Assembly: GCF_035084215.1 (NCBI RefSeq)
Contig: NC_090333.1
Coordinates: forward strand, 26,722,001 to 26,786,000
Direction of reading: 5' to 3'
DNA length: 64,000 nucleotides
Origin: Heptranchias perlo
Lineage: Eukaryota
Position 1 is the first letter of the stretch, and each line of letters opens with the position of its first letter. Made by a program: the position numbers and the translations under genes. Shown here piece by piece: positions 1-21,800 of the stretch. Below the pieces are notes generated by a model that ran no database searches, was not told the origin of the DNA, and saw only the letters and a program-made list of their open reading frames with translations.

Positions 1-210
1 ATCACACACCATCCTGACTTGAACATACATCACCATTCGTTCATTCTTTCTGGGTCAATAACATGGAACTCCCTACCTATCACCATTGTGGGATCACCAT
101 CACAAGGACTGCAGCAGTTCAAGAAGACGACCCACCACTTCCTTCTCAGGGCAAGTAGGGATGAGCAATAAATGCAGCTTGGCCAACATCACCCCCAAGT
201 CCCGAAAACA
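1..210 (+). mobile_element. LINE 3' tail (same family as 23905-24530)
   Basis: tggaactccctacc...ctgcagcagttcaagaag...gcaataaatgc. Confidence 0.7.
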
Positions 211-1494
211 AATTTTTAAAAAGTTAATATACTGTGCATGAAATTCTAATGCAGTTTTCTTTAGGGTATTTTAGTCAGTACTTAGAATACCTGTAAGACA
301 ATAATCATTTGGCAGAGATGAAGGCAGTAAGAGAATTGAAAGTTTCCAATGTCATAAACCAGAAGCAAAAATTAAGCAGTTTTCAACCCTACCAATAACT
401 CTTAGCTGAGTTTGTCCTTCAGTCTCAATTTCTGCTAGCCACATTTTATTTCTTTAGGATAAATGACAGTCTAAATGACAGTTAAACTTTTTTTGTAGTA
501 GGGAGCTTAATAAAATAAAGGTAATAGTATGCTACACATACTAGTTGATCTCTCGCGGCATTGCCCATGGAGAGTCGTAAGAAACAGTCAGATTTTTTGT
601 GTGCCTGACCTTCTGTCAGAGCTGTTCGAGCTGCTCCCATTCACTCTATTGTACCAGGATCACACCCACTGTTATGCCCGTACAGCCGAGGCTACGGGCA
701 AACTGCTGCCTCCCTGCCACTCTATCAACTGTACGCTGCCAACACCGTGTATTGTGCCCCTGAATACTACACCACCATGCATCATGCGCTCGAACCCCAG
801 GATCCACCTCTTCCCACTCTCCATACATTAACTTCCCCCTAATCAGTGACATTCTAAAAATCATGAAAAACATGAAGATTGACATCAATAATAAAGAAAT
901 AAAAGTGAAATATTTAATTGAGTAAAATATTAAAATCATTGATCGAATTTTAGTCAGCAAATTTTTGAAATCCTAACATTTAATTAAATTTAAATATTGA
1001 AACATTTTGGGGAAAAAAACAGGGAAAATCCATGTCTAAAGAATTAAAATTTTAAAAACAAAGGAGTGAGGCTAGGGTAAAGTAAGAACAGGCCTGGAGC
1101 CCCAACGTTGTCGATAACTGGGAGGAGAGAAAAGTGAGTCTGGCACACAGCCAGATGGGCCCAGAGACCCATTATTACATTTTGAATAATTCTTAATTTG
1201 GAAAAGTGGTGAAAAATGGTTCATATGTGGGAATAAAAAAGAAAAAGAACATTTATGTTGCGTGGAAATTTTAATGCCAGCCAGATACCAATCCAGGAAT
1301 CCATAATCCAGACTACCAGGGTTTTCAGTTGATCACACAGGAAGTGCCCTTTTATACTAAGTACTGTAGCTATCCAAAGTCCATTCTTGCTACACAGCAT
1401 ATGCCACATAAATTCTGCTTCAAGAAATCAATACTATTCTTATGAAAAACAGTGCATTTCCACACAAAATCCCTTTTCCTTACAGTGCAACTTT

Positions 1495-1650
1495 TTTTAA
1501 AATTCGTTCATGGGATGTGGGCATCGCTGGTGAGGCCGGCATTTATTGCCCAACCCTAATTGCCCTCGAGAAGGTGGTGGTGAGCCGCCTTCTTGAACCG
1601 CTGCAGTCCGTGTGCTGACGGTTCTCCCACAGTGCTGTTAGGAAGGGAGT
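1495..1650 (-). mobile_element. LINE 3' tail (same family)
   Basis: Reverse complement of the same tail. Confidence 0.7.
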
Positions 1651-2410
1651 TAACTGCCTAATCAGGAGTACTTTAAACCAGAAAGCTTTTTAAAACTGCA
1701 ATTTTTCCAGGTCACAAGGTACACACTTGGACCTGCCTACATTGCGCAATACAGCATACCATTACCTGCTACTGCTCAAAGTGACAAACACCATTCCTGT
1801 GCAATGAATCCTTTGCCCATCTTGTATCATTAGCGCCCTCATATCCATTCCAAACTAAAGCTCCCTCCTCTTGGTTCCAACATGCCTTCACCCCGACTGT
1901 ATTAAAGCACCCCTTACTGCACCAATGTCACATTTCCAATTTCGACACAGACATTTTTATGGCCCCAAAGAACAAAATTATTAATTCAGTACCAAATTGT
2001 GGCCTATTCTGTATTGAGCCCACAATAAATGGAATTGAGACTGCCCTAAGCTCATCTCATTTAGAACCCTATGATTCAAATTATATCACTAAGTTTATGT
2101 TGTAATTTGGAACCTCAAGTTACAATATATATCTCACTCCTAGATAACCATGATCATCAATGTAAAACAGCACACACACAATTAGAAGGTATAACAATCA
2201 GGGTCCAACTTTCAGACTTTAAAACATTAAAGTTTTGTTTTATGGTTTATGTCTTCAATTTCAACTGACTTACAGCTGGCACCAAGTCACTTACAATTTT
2301 TCCATTTTTTCCATTGATTTTAATCTTTATGTTTCTAGTGTATAAGTTAGATTTCCAGAAGGTAAATAAAGCCAGTTACTGGTATGTTAAGTGAAAAAAT
2401 ACATTTTTTT

Positions 2411-11655
<9,245 letters not shown>

Positions 11656-11918
11656 CCCAAATCCCCACACACCACCACTCACTTCATCCGTCCGACCAGA
11701 AACACAGACCGCGCCACAAGCGTTCCGTCCCTCCCGAGGGTCGCCAACTTTGGGATTCAACTAACTCAAATCACACAAGGGCTCTAAATTTTGAAGTCTG
11801 AAGAAGGGTCTGTTTCTCTCCCTCTCTCTCTACAGATACTGCCTGACCTGCTGAGCGTTTCCAACATTTTCTGTTTTTGTTTCAGGATCTGCAGTTTTAT
11901 TTTTGCTTTTTATGTAGC

Positions 11919-14900
11919 AACATAGGAACAGGAGTAGGCCATTCAGCCCCTCGTGCCTGCTCCGCCATTTGATAAGATCATGGCTGATCTGTGATCTAAC
12001 TCCATATACCTGCCTTTGGCCCATATCCCTTAATACCTTTGGTTGCCAAAAAGCTATCTATCTCAGATTTACATTTAGCAATTGAGCTAGCATCAATTGC
12101 CGTTTGCGGAAGAGAGTTCCAAACTTCTACCACCCTTTGTGTGTAGAAATGTTTTCTAATCTCACTCCTGAAAGGTCTGGCTCTAATTTTTAGACTGTGC
12201 CCCCAACTCCTAGAATCCCCAACCAGCGGAAATAGTTTCTCTCTATCCACCATATCTGTTCCCCTTAATATCTTATAAACTTCGATCAGATCACCCCTTA
12301 ACCTTCTAAACTCCAGAGAATACAACCCCAATTTGTGTAATCTCTCCTCATAACTTAACCCTTGAAGTCCGGGTATCATTCTAGTAAACCCACGCTGCAC
12401 TCCCTCCAAGGCCAATATGTCCTTCCGAAGGTGCGGTGCCCAGAACCGCTCAAAGTACTCCAGGTGCAGTTTAATCAGGGTTTTGTATAGCTGCAGCATA
12501 ACTTCTGCCCCCTTGTACTCTAGTCCTCTAGATATAAAGGCCAGCATTCCATTAGCCTTATTGATTATTTTCTGCACCTGTTCATGACACTTCAATGATC
12601 TATGTACCTGAACCCCTAAGTCCCTTTGGACATCCACAGTTTTTAACTTTTTACCATTTAGAAAGTACCCTATTCTATCCTTTTTTGATCCAAAGTGGAT
12701 GACATCACATTTGTCTACATTGAGTTCCATTTGCCACAGTTTTTCCCATTCACCTAACTCAAATCACACAAGGGCTCTAAATTTTGAAGTCTGAAGAAGG
12801 GTCTGTTTCTCTCCCTCTCTCTCTACAGATCCCTTCGTAATTTTATGTTTTCATCTACACTGCTTACAATGCCACCAATCTCTGTGTCATCGACAAACTT
12901 AGATATGAGATTTTCTATGCCTTCATCTAAGTCGTTAATAAATATTGTAAATAATTGAGGCCCCAAGACAGATCCCTGCGGGACTCCACTAGTCACATCC
13001 TGCCAACGTGAGTACCTACCCATTATCCCTACTCTCTCTCGCCTTTCGCTCAGCCAACTTCCTAACCAAGTCCGTACTTTTCCCTTGATTCCATGGGCTT
13101 CTATCTTAGCTAACAGTCTCTTATGTGGGACTTTATCAAATGCCTTCTGGAAGTCCATATAAATAACATCCATTGACATTCCCCTGTCCACTACTTTCGT
13201 CACCTCTTCAAAAAATTCAATCAGGTTTGTCAGGCACAACCTACCTTTCACAAATCCATGCTGGCTCTCTTGGATTAACTGAAAATTCTCGAGGTGTTCA
13301 GTCACCCTATCCTTAATTATAGACTCCAGCATTTTCCCCACAATAGATGTTAGGCTAACTGGTCTATAGTTCCCTGGTTTCCCTCTCCTTTCTTAAAAAG
13401 CGTAGTGACGTGCAATTTTCCAATCTCGAGGGACAGTTCCTGAATCTAGAGAATTTTGAAAGATTATAGTTAGGGCATCTGCAATCTGCTCACCTACTTC
13501 CTTTAAAATCCTGGGGTGGAAACCATCTGGTCCTGGGGATTTGTCACTCTTTAGTGCTCTTATTTTCTTCACTACAGCTGTTTTACTTATGTTAATTTTA
13601 TCGAGTCCTTGTCCCCGATTCAATATTAGTTTTCTTGGGATTTCTGGCATGCTATCTTTTTCTACTGTAAATACTGACGCAACGTAATTATTCAATATGT
13701 CCGTCATTTCCCCATTGTCAATGACAATATCCCCACTTTCAGTTTTTAAGGGGCCAACACTGCTCCTGACCACCCTCTTTTTCCTAATATAACTGTAAAA
13801 GTTCTTTGTATTGGTTTTGATATCCCTTGCAAGTTTCTTTTCATACTCCTTTTATGTAGCTCTTACTATCTGTTTTGTGACCCTTTGTTGATCTTTGTAT
13901 CTTTCCCATTCGCCAGGATCTGTGCCATTTTTTGCCTTTTTGTATGCCCTTTCCTTTTGTCTTATACTGTCCCTTACCTCTTTAGTTGTCCATGGCTGTT
14001 TTTTTTGGCAAGTAGAGTTTTGCCCCTCAGGGGTATAAACCGATTCTGAATCATGTTAAATGTTTTTTTAAACATTTCCCACTGATCGTCAGTCGTTTTA
14101 CCCATTAACAGATTTGCCCAGTTTACTGTGGACAGTCTCTGTCTCATCCCATTGAAGTCGGCCTTACCAAAGTCTAGAATCTTAGCAGCTGATTCACTTT
14201 TTTCCCTTTTAAACGCTACCTTGAATTCGATCATGTCATGATCGCTGTTGGATAGATGTTCACGCACAGTTAAGCTGTTAACTAAATCTGGTTCATTACT
14301 CATTACTAAATCTAGTATGGCTTGGCCCCTTGTTGCCTCTAGGACATACTGCTGTAGAAAACTATCCCGGACGCACTCAAGAAATTCACTACCTTTCTGA
14401 CAGTTGCTAGTCTGCTTTTCCCAATCTACGTGAAGGTTAAAGTCCCCCATTAAGACCACTATGCCTTTCTTATACGCTTGTCTAATCTCTGCATTTATAC
14501 AATCTAGCACTTCAGAGCTGCTGCCAGGGGTCCTATACACAACTCCCACTATAGTCTTAGATCCTTTCCTATTTCTCAATTCAACCCATAAGGTCTCTTT
14601 TGGCTGCTTGCCCCTCGTTATATCCTCCTTTTTCATTGATGTGATTTCATCTCTAATCACTAAGGCTACTCCTCCCCCTCTTCCATTTTCCCTGTCTCTC
14701 CTGTAGACCTTATAACCCGGTATATTTAGTTCCCAATCCTGACCATCCTGCAGCTATGTCTCAGTAATAGCTATCATGTCATACCCTCCAATTTGAATTT
14801 GTACTTGCAGTTCATTTAATTCATTCCTTATACTCCGTGCATTTGTATATAGAACTCTTAGTTGGGCCACACACTCTAGCCTGACCTTCAGCTTTGATGC

Positions 14901-15800
14901 TGGGTTAATCGCTTTACACCTTCTAGTTTTCACTTTATCTGTAGTGCCTAAAGTACACTTTCTTTCTGCTGCTCTACGCTTTTCCCTTTCACTTGTTCTT
15001 GAACAACAATTTGTACTATTTATATTGTAAATTTCCCCTGGGTCCTCCCCTCTTTTGCTGCTCTCAACTTTACTCTCTTCTGACTCCCCGCTCAGGTTCC
15101 CATCCCCCTGCCACTCTAGTTTAAACCCTCCCCAACAGCAGTAGCAAACCCCCCTGCAAGGATATTAGTCCCGGATCTGTTGAGGTGCAACCCGTCCGGC
15201 TTGTACAGGTCCCAGCTTCCCCAGAATCGGTCCCAATTCCTCAGGAATCTAAATCCCTCCCTCCTGCACCAACCCTCCAGCCACGCATTCATCTGGCCTA
15301 TTCTCCTATTCCTATACTCACTAGCACGTGGCACTGGGAGTAATCCTGAGATTACTACCCTTGAGGTCCTGCTTTTTAAACTTATTTCCTAACTCTTTAT
15401 ATTCTGCTTACAGGACCTCATCCCTCTTTTTACCTATGTTGTCGGTACCAATATGGAACACGACCTCTGGCTGTTCACCCTCCCTCTACAGAATGTCCTG
15501 CAGCCGTTCAGTGACATCCCTGGTGCTCTGGCACCAGGGAGGCAACATACCATCCTGGAATCATGTTTGCGGCCGCAGAAACGCCTGTCTTCTCCCTTAA
15601 CTATCACTATCGCTCTCTCAAGCTTTCCTCTCTTCCGCTCCCCCCCCCCGTACAGCTGAGCCACCCATGGTGCTTTGGACTTGGCTCTGGCTGCACTCCC
15701 CAGAGGAACCCTCTCCCCCACTAGTACCCAGAACTGAATACTGGTTGGAGAGTGAGATGCCCTCAGGGGACTCCTGCACTACCTGCCTGGACCTCCTTGT
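11919..15800 (-). mobile_element. Near-full-length CR1 LINE (ORF1 esterase-like region plus ORF2 APE endonuclease/RT), frameshifted
   Basis: ORF1-like pieces at 15116-15721 (DRRFCG, CCLPGAR, DGLHLN); endonuclease VLMGDFN, ILDLV, SDH at 13974-14660; RT at 11996-13773. Confidence 0.93.
12754..12830 (+). repeat. Exact 77-bp direct copy of 11761-11837 inserted in CR1 ORF2
   Basis: Base-for-base identity by eye. Confidence 0.9.
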
Positions 15801-15979
15801 CTATACGCCAGTAGCTGGTTTTAATTCGAAATCTTAAGAATTATTACAATAAAGAAACAAGTAGTTAGAAATATAAAAAGGGGGAGAAGGCTTGACATGC
15901 ACAGCAAGTCAATCAGCATTTGTGAAGAGAAAAGACAGATTAAGGTTTCAGATATAATCTGTATATATGTATTTATTAT

Positions 15980-16890
15980 ATATGACATCAGGTTCCACAT
16001 GTATGCTGACCACACCCAGCTCTGCCTCACCAACACCTCTCCACTGCCTGTGTTGTTAGACTGCTTGTCCCACACCCAGTCCTGGATGAGCCAAAATTTC
16101 CTCCAATCAAACACTGAGAAGACTGAAGCCATTGTCTTCGACTTCCATGACCTCCGTTCCCTTGCCATCAATTCCATCCCTCCTGCAAACCACTGTCTAA
16201 GGTTGAATCAGACTGTTCGCAACTTCAGCATCCTATTTGACCCCATATCTTTTCCATCACAAAAACCACCTACTTTCACCTCTGTAACATTGCCCATTTC
16301 TGCCCTGCCTCAGGCCATCTTTTGCTGAAACTATGCTTTTGTTACCTCCAGACTCGACTATTCCAATGGTCTCCTGACTGGCCTCCTATCTTCCACCCTT
16401 CGTAAACTTGAGCTCATCCAAATCTCTGCTGCCTGTATCCTAACTTGCACCAAGTCCTGTTCACCCATTGTCCCTGTGCTCGCTGACCTACATTGGCTCC
16501 CGATCCAGCAATGCCTTGATTTTAAAATTCTTATCCTTGTTTTCAAATCCTTCCATCGTCTTGCCCCTCCCTATCTCTGTAACATCCTCCAGTCCTTTAA
16601 CCCTCTAAGATCGCTGCTCTCCACCAATTCTGGCCTCTTGTGCATCCTCCACTTCCTTTGTCCCATCATTGGCGGCTATGCCTTCAGCCGTCTAGGCCTT
16701 AAGTTCTGGAATTCACTCCCTAAACCTCTCTGTCCTCCTTCAAGACACTCCTTGAAACCTCTCTTTCTTTGACCAAGCTTCTAGTCACCTATCCTAATAT
16801 CCCCTTCTTTGGCTCGGTGTCAATTTTTGTCTCTGTTTCCTTGGGACATTTTACTATGTTAAAGGCACTATATAAATGCAAGCTGTTGTC
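15980..16890 (+). mobile_element. L2 LINE 3' fragment
   Basis: HMYADHTQL, WMSQNFLQ.N.EKTE, LHWLPI...FKIL; tail aaaggcactatataaatgcaag. Confidence 0.85.
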
Positions 16891-16999
16891 GGGCAGAACT
16901 GTAGTTGGATTCTTTTTAAAATACCTTCACTTTTGCTTTACCCTCTACATTTCAATGCCAGTTAACAATAAAAGTGTTAATGCAAAATTTTCTAGGTCT

Positions 17000-17286
17000 T
17001 ACAAACAGCAATGAGATAAATGACCAGATAATCTTTAGTTATGTTGGTTGATGGATAAATATTGGCCAGGCCACCAGGAGAACTCCTTCTGCTCTTTGAA
17101 AGTGTCATGGGATCATTTACATCCACTTGACAGGGCAGCGAGGGCCACAGTTTGACATCTCCCTCAAAACATGGCACAGCTGATGAGCACATGACCCTTC
17201 AGTGCTCTGAAAGCCTCTGAAAGGGGCTCAAACCCACGACCTTTTGACTCAGAAGCAAGAGTACTACCAATGAGCCAAGGCCGACT
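17000..17286 (-). mobile_element. tRNA-derived SINE, same family, partial
   Basis: tRNA-like head and core colinear with the other copies; a tail-only piece is at about 8490-8572. Confidence 0.75.
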
Positions 17287-18728
17287 CTAATGCAAAGTAC
17301 AGTATGATACTACTTAATACTGGAACCAGAATGTCTCCTGCTTTTTAAATTGGCCTTCCCACAAAGCCCAGGGCTAGATGTCAAGGGCTGAGCCTTGTTA
17401 CAATAAAGCCAGCAGCAGGAGGCTATGGGAGGAAAACAAGCAGCCAGGGGCAACCTGCCGGCTCTGGGTCATCGCAATATCAGGCAACCTGGCCAGCCTC
17501 TGGGCCAGTTTGTGGAGAGGTCTGTTCTTGGAAGGAGGGCACCCTGTTTGGTAGCAGCCCAGGATGTTCTGGTGAGTGACATAGCATTCAATTTACTATG
17601 AACAATGCCATGGGAGAACTGCTAGTTTTAATAAACCCAGAACATTTTACTTCACTATCACTTGGTAGTAAGGATTTAAGGATATATTAATTCACAGATG
17701 TATTAATGCAAAGGCTGTAGCACAATGTAGGGCAGCCTCAATTAATTACTCATGTCTGAAGTTTCAATTTCATAATATTGTTGGTTCCTACACACTTATT
17801 TATCCAGCCTGCTCTACTGTTCAGTCAGATGCATTCTTTGTATGTTGTGTAGAAATGACCCAACAACTTAAATGTCTCAAGACAATGTTAGAGAGATTGG
17901 CCTGTACGGGATACGTACAGCTCATGAAATGCAATTTAAAAAAAAATACATGCCCTTCCCCCCAATACTCCAGATTTGGAGGTGATTGCCACCCAGACTC
18001 TACAACTGGGTAAAAGGTGGTGTGTAAAAACATCAAAAGTATGAGTTTTGCCCCAGCCTAGTGGAGAGGTGGATCTGAATTTGCAATGATTGCAGCAAGG
18101 CCAAGATCAAGAATCCCTTATCTCACTACAACTGATGTTGCAGCTATTAAAACTTTGATAATCCTTTATGTTGAAGGCCTAAAAACATTTTTGGAAAGTT
18201 CAACAGCAAAGGAGTACAGTGAATTGCAGTTCTCAATTGCTTCCACTAGATGTCTTTGGTCACATGTAAATCACATTTAGGGCAGTGTATCAAATAATGT
18301 AGCAACTCAATGTAGAAGTATTTCCCACAGAATGTAAAAATAGATCTTTAAGAAGGAAAACTGAATGACAACCATCGTTGCAGTGCCAGCAATAGTAGAG
18401 CATAATGCAGCCTCTCACTGTTAGGAACATAGGAACAGGTGTAGGCCATTCAGTCCTCAAGCCTGTTCCATCATTCAATTAGATCACAGCTGATCTGTAT
18501 CTCATCTCCATTTACCTGCCACATAGATACATATATTTATTTTAAAAAGCTTGGTTTGACTAAGTAGCAGTTTAAGTGAGGCAGGATTGAATCCATTTGT
18601 ATAGATGAAAAAGACCCAGCCATCACTTCAGAACAGCACTAGCCTATTTCAACTCTAAACCATCGGTCTACACAAATGCAAAGAGAATGAAATGAGAAGC
18701 AAGATTATTCAAGTTTGGGTTCAATAAA

Positions 18729-18734
18729 TTTATT
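18729..18734 (-). terminator. Probable UQCRH polyadenylation signal
   Basis: AATAAA on the minus strand about 120 nt after the stop codon. Confidence 0.6.
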
Positions 18735-18852
18735 TATAATGGCAAATACAACAAACAATTGCTGGCTCCAAACTCAATTACACACAATAAACCTTTTGAC
18801 ATTAGCACTGCCTGCATCATTGTACAGTGCTGAGTTCCTCGGGTTCTGGACT

Positions 18853-18885
18853 TCACTTCAACTTACTGAAGATATTATCAGCCAC
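18853..18885 (-). CDS. UQCRH: UQCRH exon 4 (terminal)
   Basis: ttccag|[13 protein letters not shown]. Confidence 0.9.
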   Translation of the reverse strand: MADNIFSKLK

Positions 18886-21800
18886 CTGGAACAAAAATAA
18901 AAGTATTTTAATCTCTGTGACAGCACAGTGGATGGGCAGAGAGCAGACTGGGAACAGCCTAACATGAATATCCTGTAAGTGAATTGGGAGTCAATTTATA
19001 ACGCAAGTGCATCTAAAACAGAACCTTTCAGCAAGATGGATTTATTGCTTTTCAGTTGATAGAGGGGCCATCCTGAACACACAAATGTGTGTACTTCACA
19101 CTTATTTTGGTCTTAAAAAATAAACCATCAACAGAAAAATTTGTAGGACTATGGGGAAAGAGCAGGGGAATGGGACTAATTGGATAGCTCTTTCAGAGAG
19201 TTGGCACAGCCATGATGGGCCAAATGGCCTCCTTCTGTGCTGTATCATCCTATGATACTAGAACTAAAAATGGTTCAAATTCAATCAGAATTCTTTAGAA
19301 TTTATACTGACCATGTTACTTCCCAATGTTCAATTCTGATCACTCAAATTAATAGCATTTTCATTACTATTTAATCCTCCTTCAGTGTGAACATCATCGC
19401 TCAATGAGCAATAGCAATCAGGCACCTACAGTAACAGTTCCAATAAAAGAGGGCCAAACGTCCTTGATGGATTCTATAAAAATACTCAACAGATATTCGA
19501 GAAAAATTCCTGTATGAGGGACTACAGTCAGATATTATTAAGTGGTACTGAGTAGGAACATCACAACTGTGTGCCGCCATAGCATTTTTCCAGAATTACT
19601 TTTCCAAAACAAAACACAAGACGGACAATGCCCGTAAGGAAAAATGGAACTCTTCCCTAAAGACCAAAATGAGAACATAGGTACGTATTTAGTATACAAG
19701 CAAAGAACAAAGTGCTCACGCATTGGTCCCGGGCATGCAGGAAGTCAAATAGCTCCTCAGTACAGGTCTCTGCTGTTTGCGATCGAGAGTTCACTCGCTC
19801 CTCACAGGTGCCTAGTCGTGATCGCAGTGCCACACACTTTTCATTCTGCTCGCACTGATCCCTGATAGTTGTTATGGGATCCTGCACAAGCACAAAAGTG
19901 TTTTAAACAAATCAAATAAATTGAAATAGTATCTTAATCTAAGTAATGTATTTAAACTTTTAAGCATTTGTCCAATATTTAAACACTTGCTTTCAAGCAA
20001 AAGTGGATTTTTATGGCCACCTTCAAACATAAACCTTCAAACATGAGAAATAGCAGGAGTAGGCCATACGGTCCCTCGAGCCTGCTCCGCCACTCAATCA
20101 GATCACGGCTGATCTTCAACCTCAAATCCACTTTCCTGCCCGACCCCCATATCCCTTGGTTACCTTAGGGTCCAAAAATCTATCTCTCTCAGCCTTGAAC
20201 ATATTCGACGACTCAGCATCCACTGCCTTCTGGCGTAGAGAATTCCAAAGATTCACAATCCTCTCCGAGTGAAGAAATTCCTCCTCATCTCAGTCTTAAA
20301 TGGCCGACCCCTTATCCTGAGAGTGTGCCCCCTAGTTCTAGAGTCTCCAGCCAGGGAAACGAATCTCAGCATCTACCCTGTCAAGCCCCCTCAGAATCTC
20401 GAATGTTTCAATGAGATCACCTCATTCTTCTAAACTCCAGAAAATATAGGCCCATTCTAGTCAATCTCTCCTCATAGGACAACCCTCTCATCCCAAGAAT
20501 TAATCCAGTGAACCTTTGTTGCCTCTAAGGCAAGTATATCCGTCCTTAGATAAGGAGACCAAAACTGTGCACAGCACTCCAGGTGAGGTCTCACCAAAGT
20601 CCTGTACAATTGTAGTAAGACTTCCTTACTCTTGTATTCCAACCCCCTTGCAATAAAGGCCAACATGCCACTTGCCTTCCTAATTGCTTGCTGTACCTTG
20701 TGTTTGTTGTACAAGGACACCCAAATCTCTCTGAACACCAATAGTTTCTCACTATTTAAAAAAATTCTGTTTTTCTATTCTTCCTACCAAAGTGAATAAC
20801 CTCACATTTTCCCTCATTATACTCCATCTGCCACCTTCTTGCCCTCTACCTAACCTATCTATATCCCTTTGCAGACTCCATGTCCTCCTCACAGCTTACT
20901 TTCTCACCTAGCTTTGAATCATCAGCAAACTTGGATACACTACACTTGGTCCCTTCATCCAAGACATTAATATAGATTGTAAATAGCTGAGGTTCAAGTA
21001 CTGATCCTTGCGGCACTCCACTAGTTAACCAACCAGAAAATGACCCGTTTATCCCTCTCTATTTTCTGTTCCTTAACCAATCCTCTAACCATGCTAATAT
21101 ATTACCTCCAATCCCATGAGCCCTTATCTTGCAGAACAACCTTTTATGTGGCATCTTATCGAATGCCTTTTGAAAATCCAAATATTCTACATCCACTGGT
21201 ACCCTGCTAGTTACATCCTCAAAAAACAAAATTGTCAAACACAATTTCGCTTTCATAAAACCATGTTGACTCTGCCTAATCATATTATGTTCTAAGTGCC
21301 CTGTTACCATTTCCTTAATAATGGATTCTAGCATTTTCCTGATGACTGAAGTCAGGCTAACTCCTCCTTTCTTGAATAGCGATGTTTCATTTGCTACCTT
21401 CCAATCCACTGGGACCGTTCTAGAATTTAGGGAATTTTGGAAGATCACAACCAATGCATCCACTATATCTGCAGCCACCTCTTTTAGAATCCTAGAATGT
21501 AGGCCATTAGGTCTAGGGGATTTATCGGCTTTTAGTCCCATCAGTTTCTCTAGTATTTTTCTCAACTGATATTAATTACTTTAAGTTCCTCACTCATTGG
21601 CCCCTTGGTTCCCCACTATTTCTGGTATGCTTTTTGTGTCTTCTACTGTGAAGACAGATAAACAAATATTTGTTTAACGTCTTCCATTTCCTGATTTCCA
21701 CATTATAATTTCTCCTGTCTCTGCCTCTTAGGGACCAACGTTTACATTTGCTACTCTCTTCCTTTTTACATACTTGTAGAAGCTCTTACAAACCATTTTT

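Noticed and set aside
529-960. ORFs of about 100 aa on both strands
   Set aside because: No recognisable homology or convincing exon structure.
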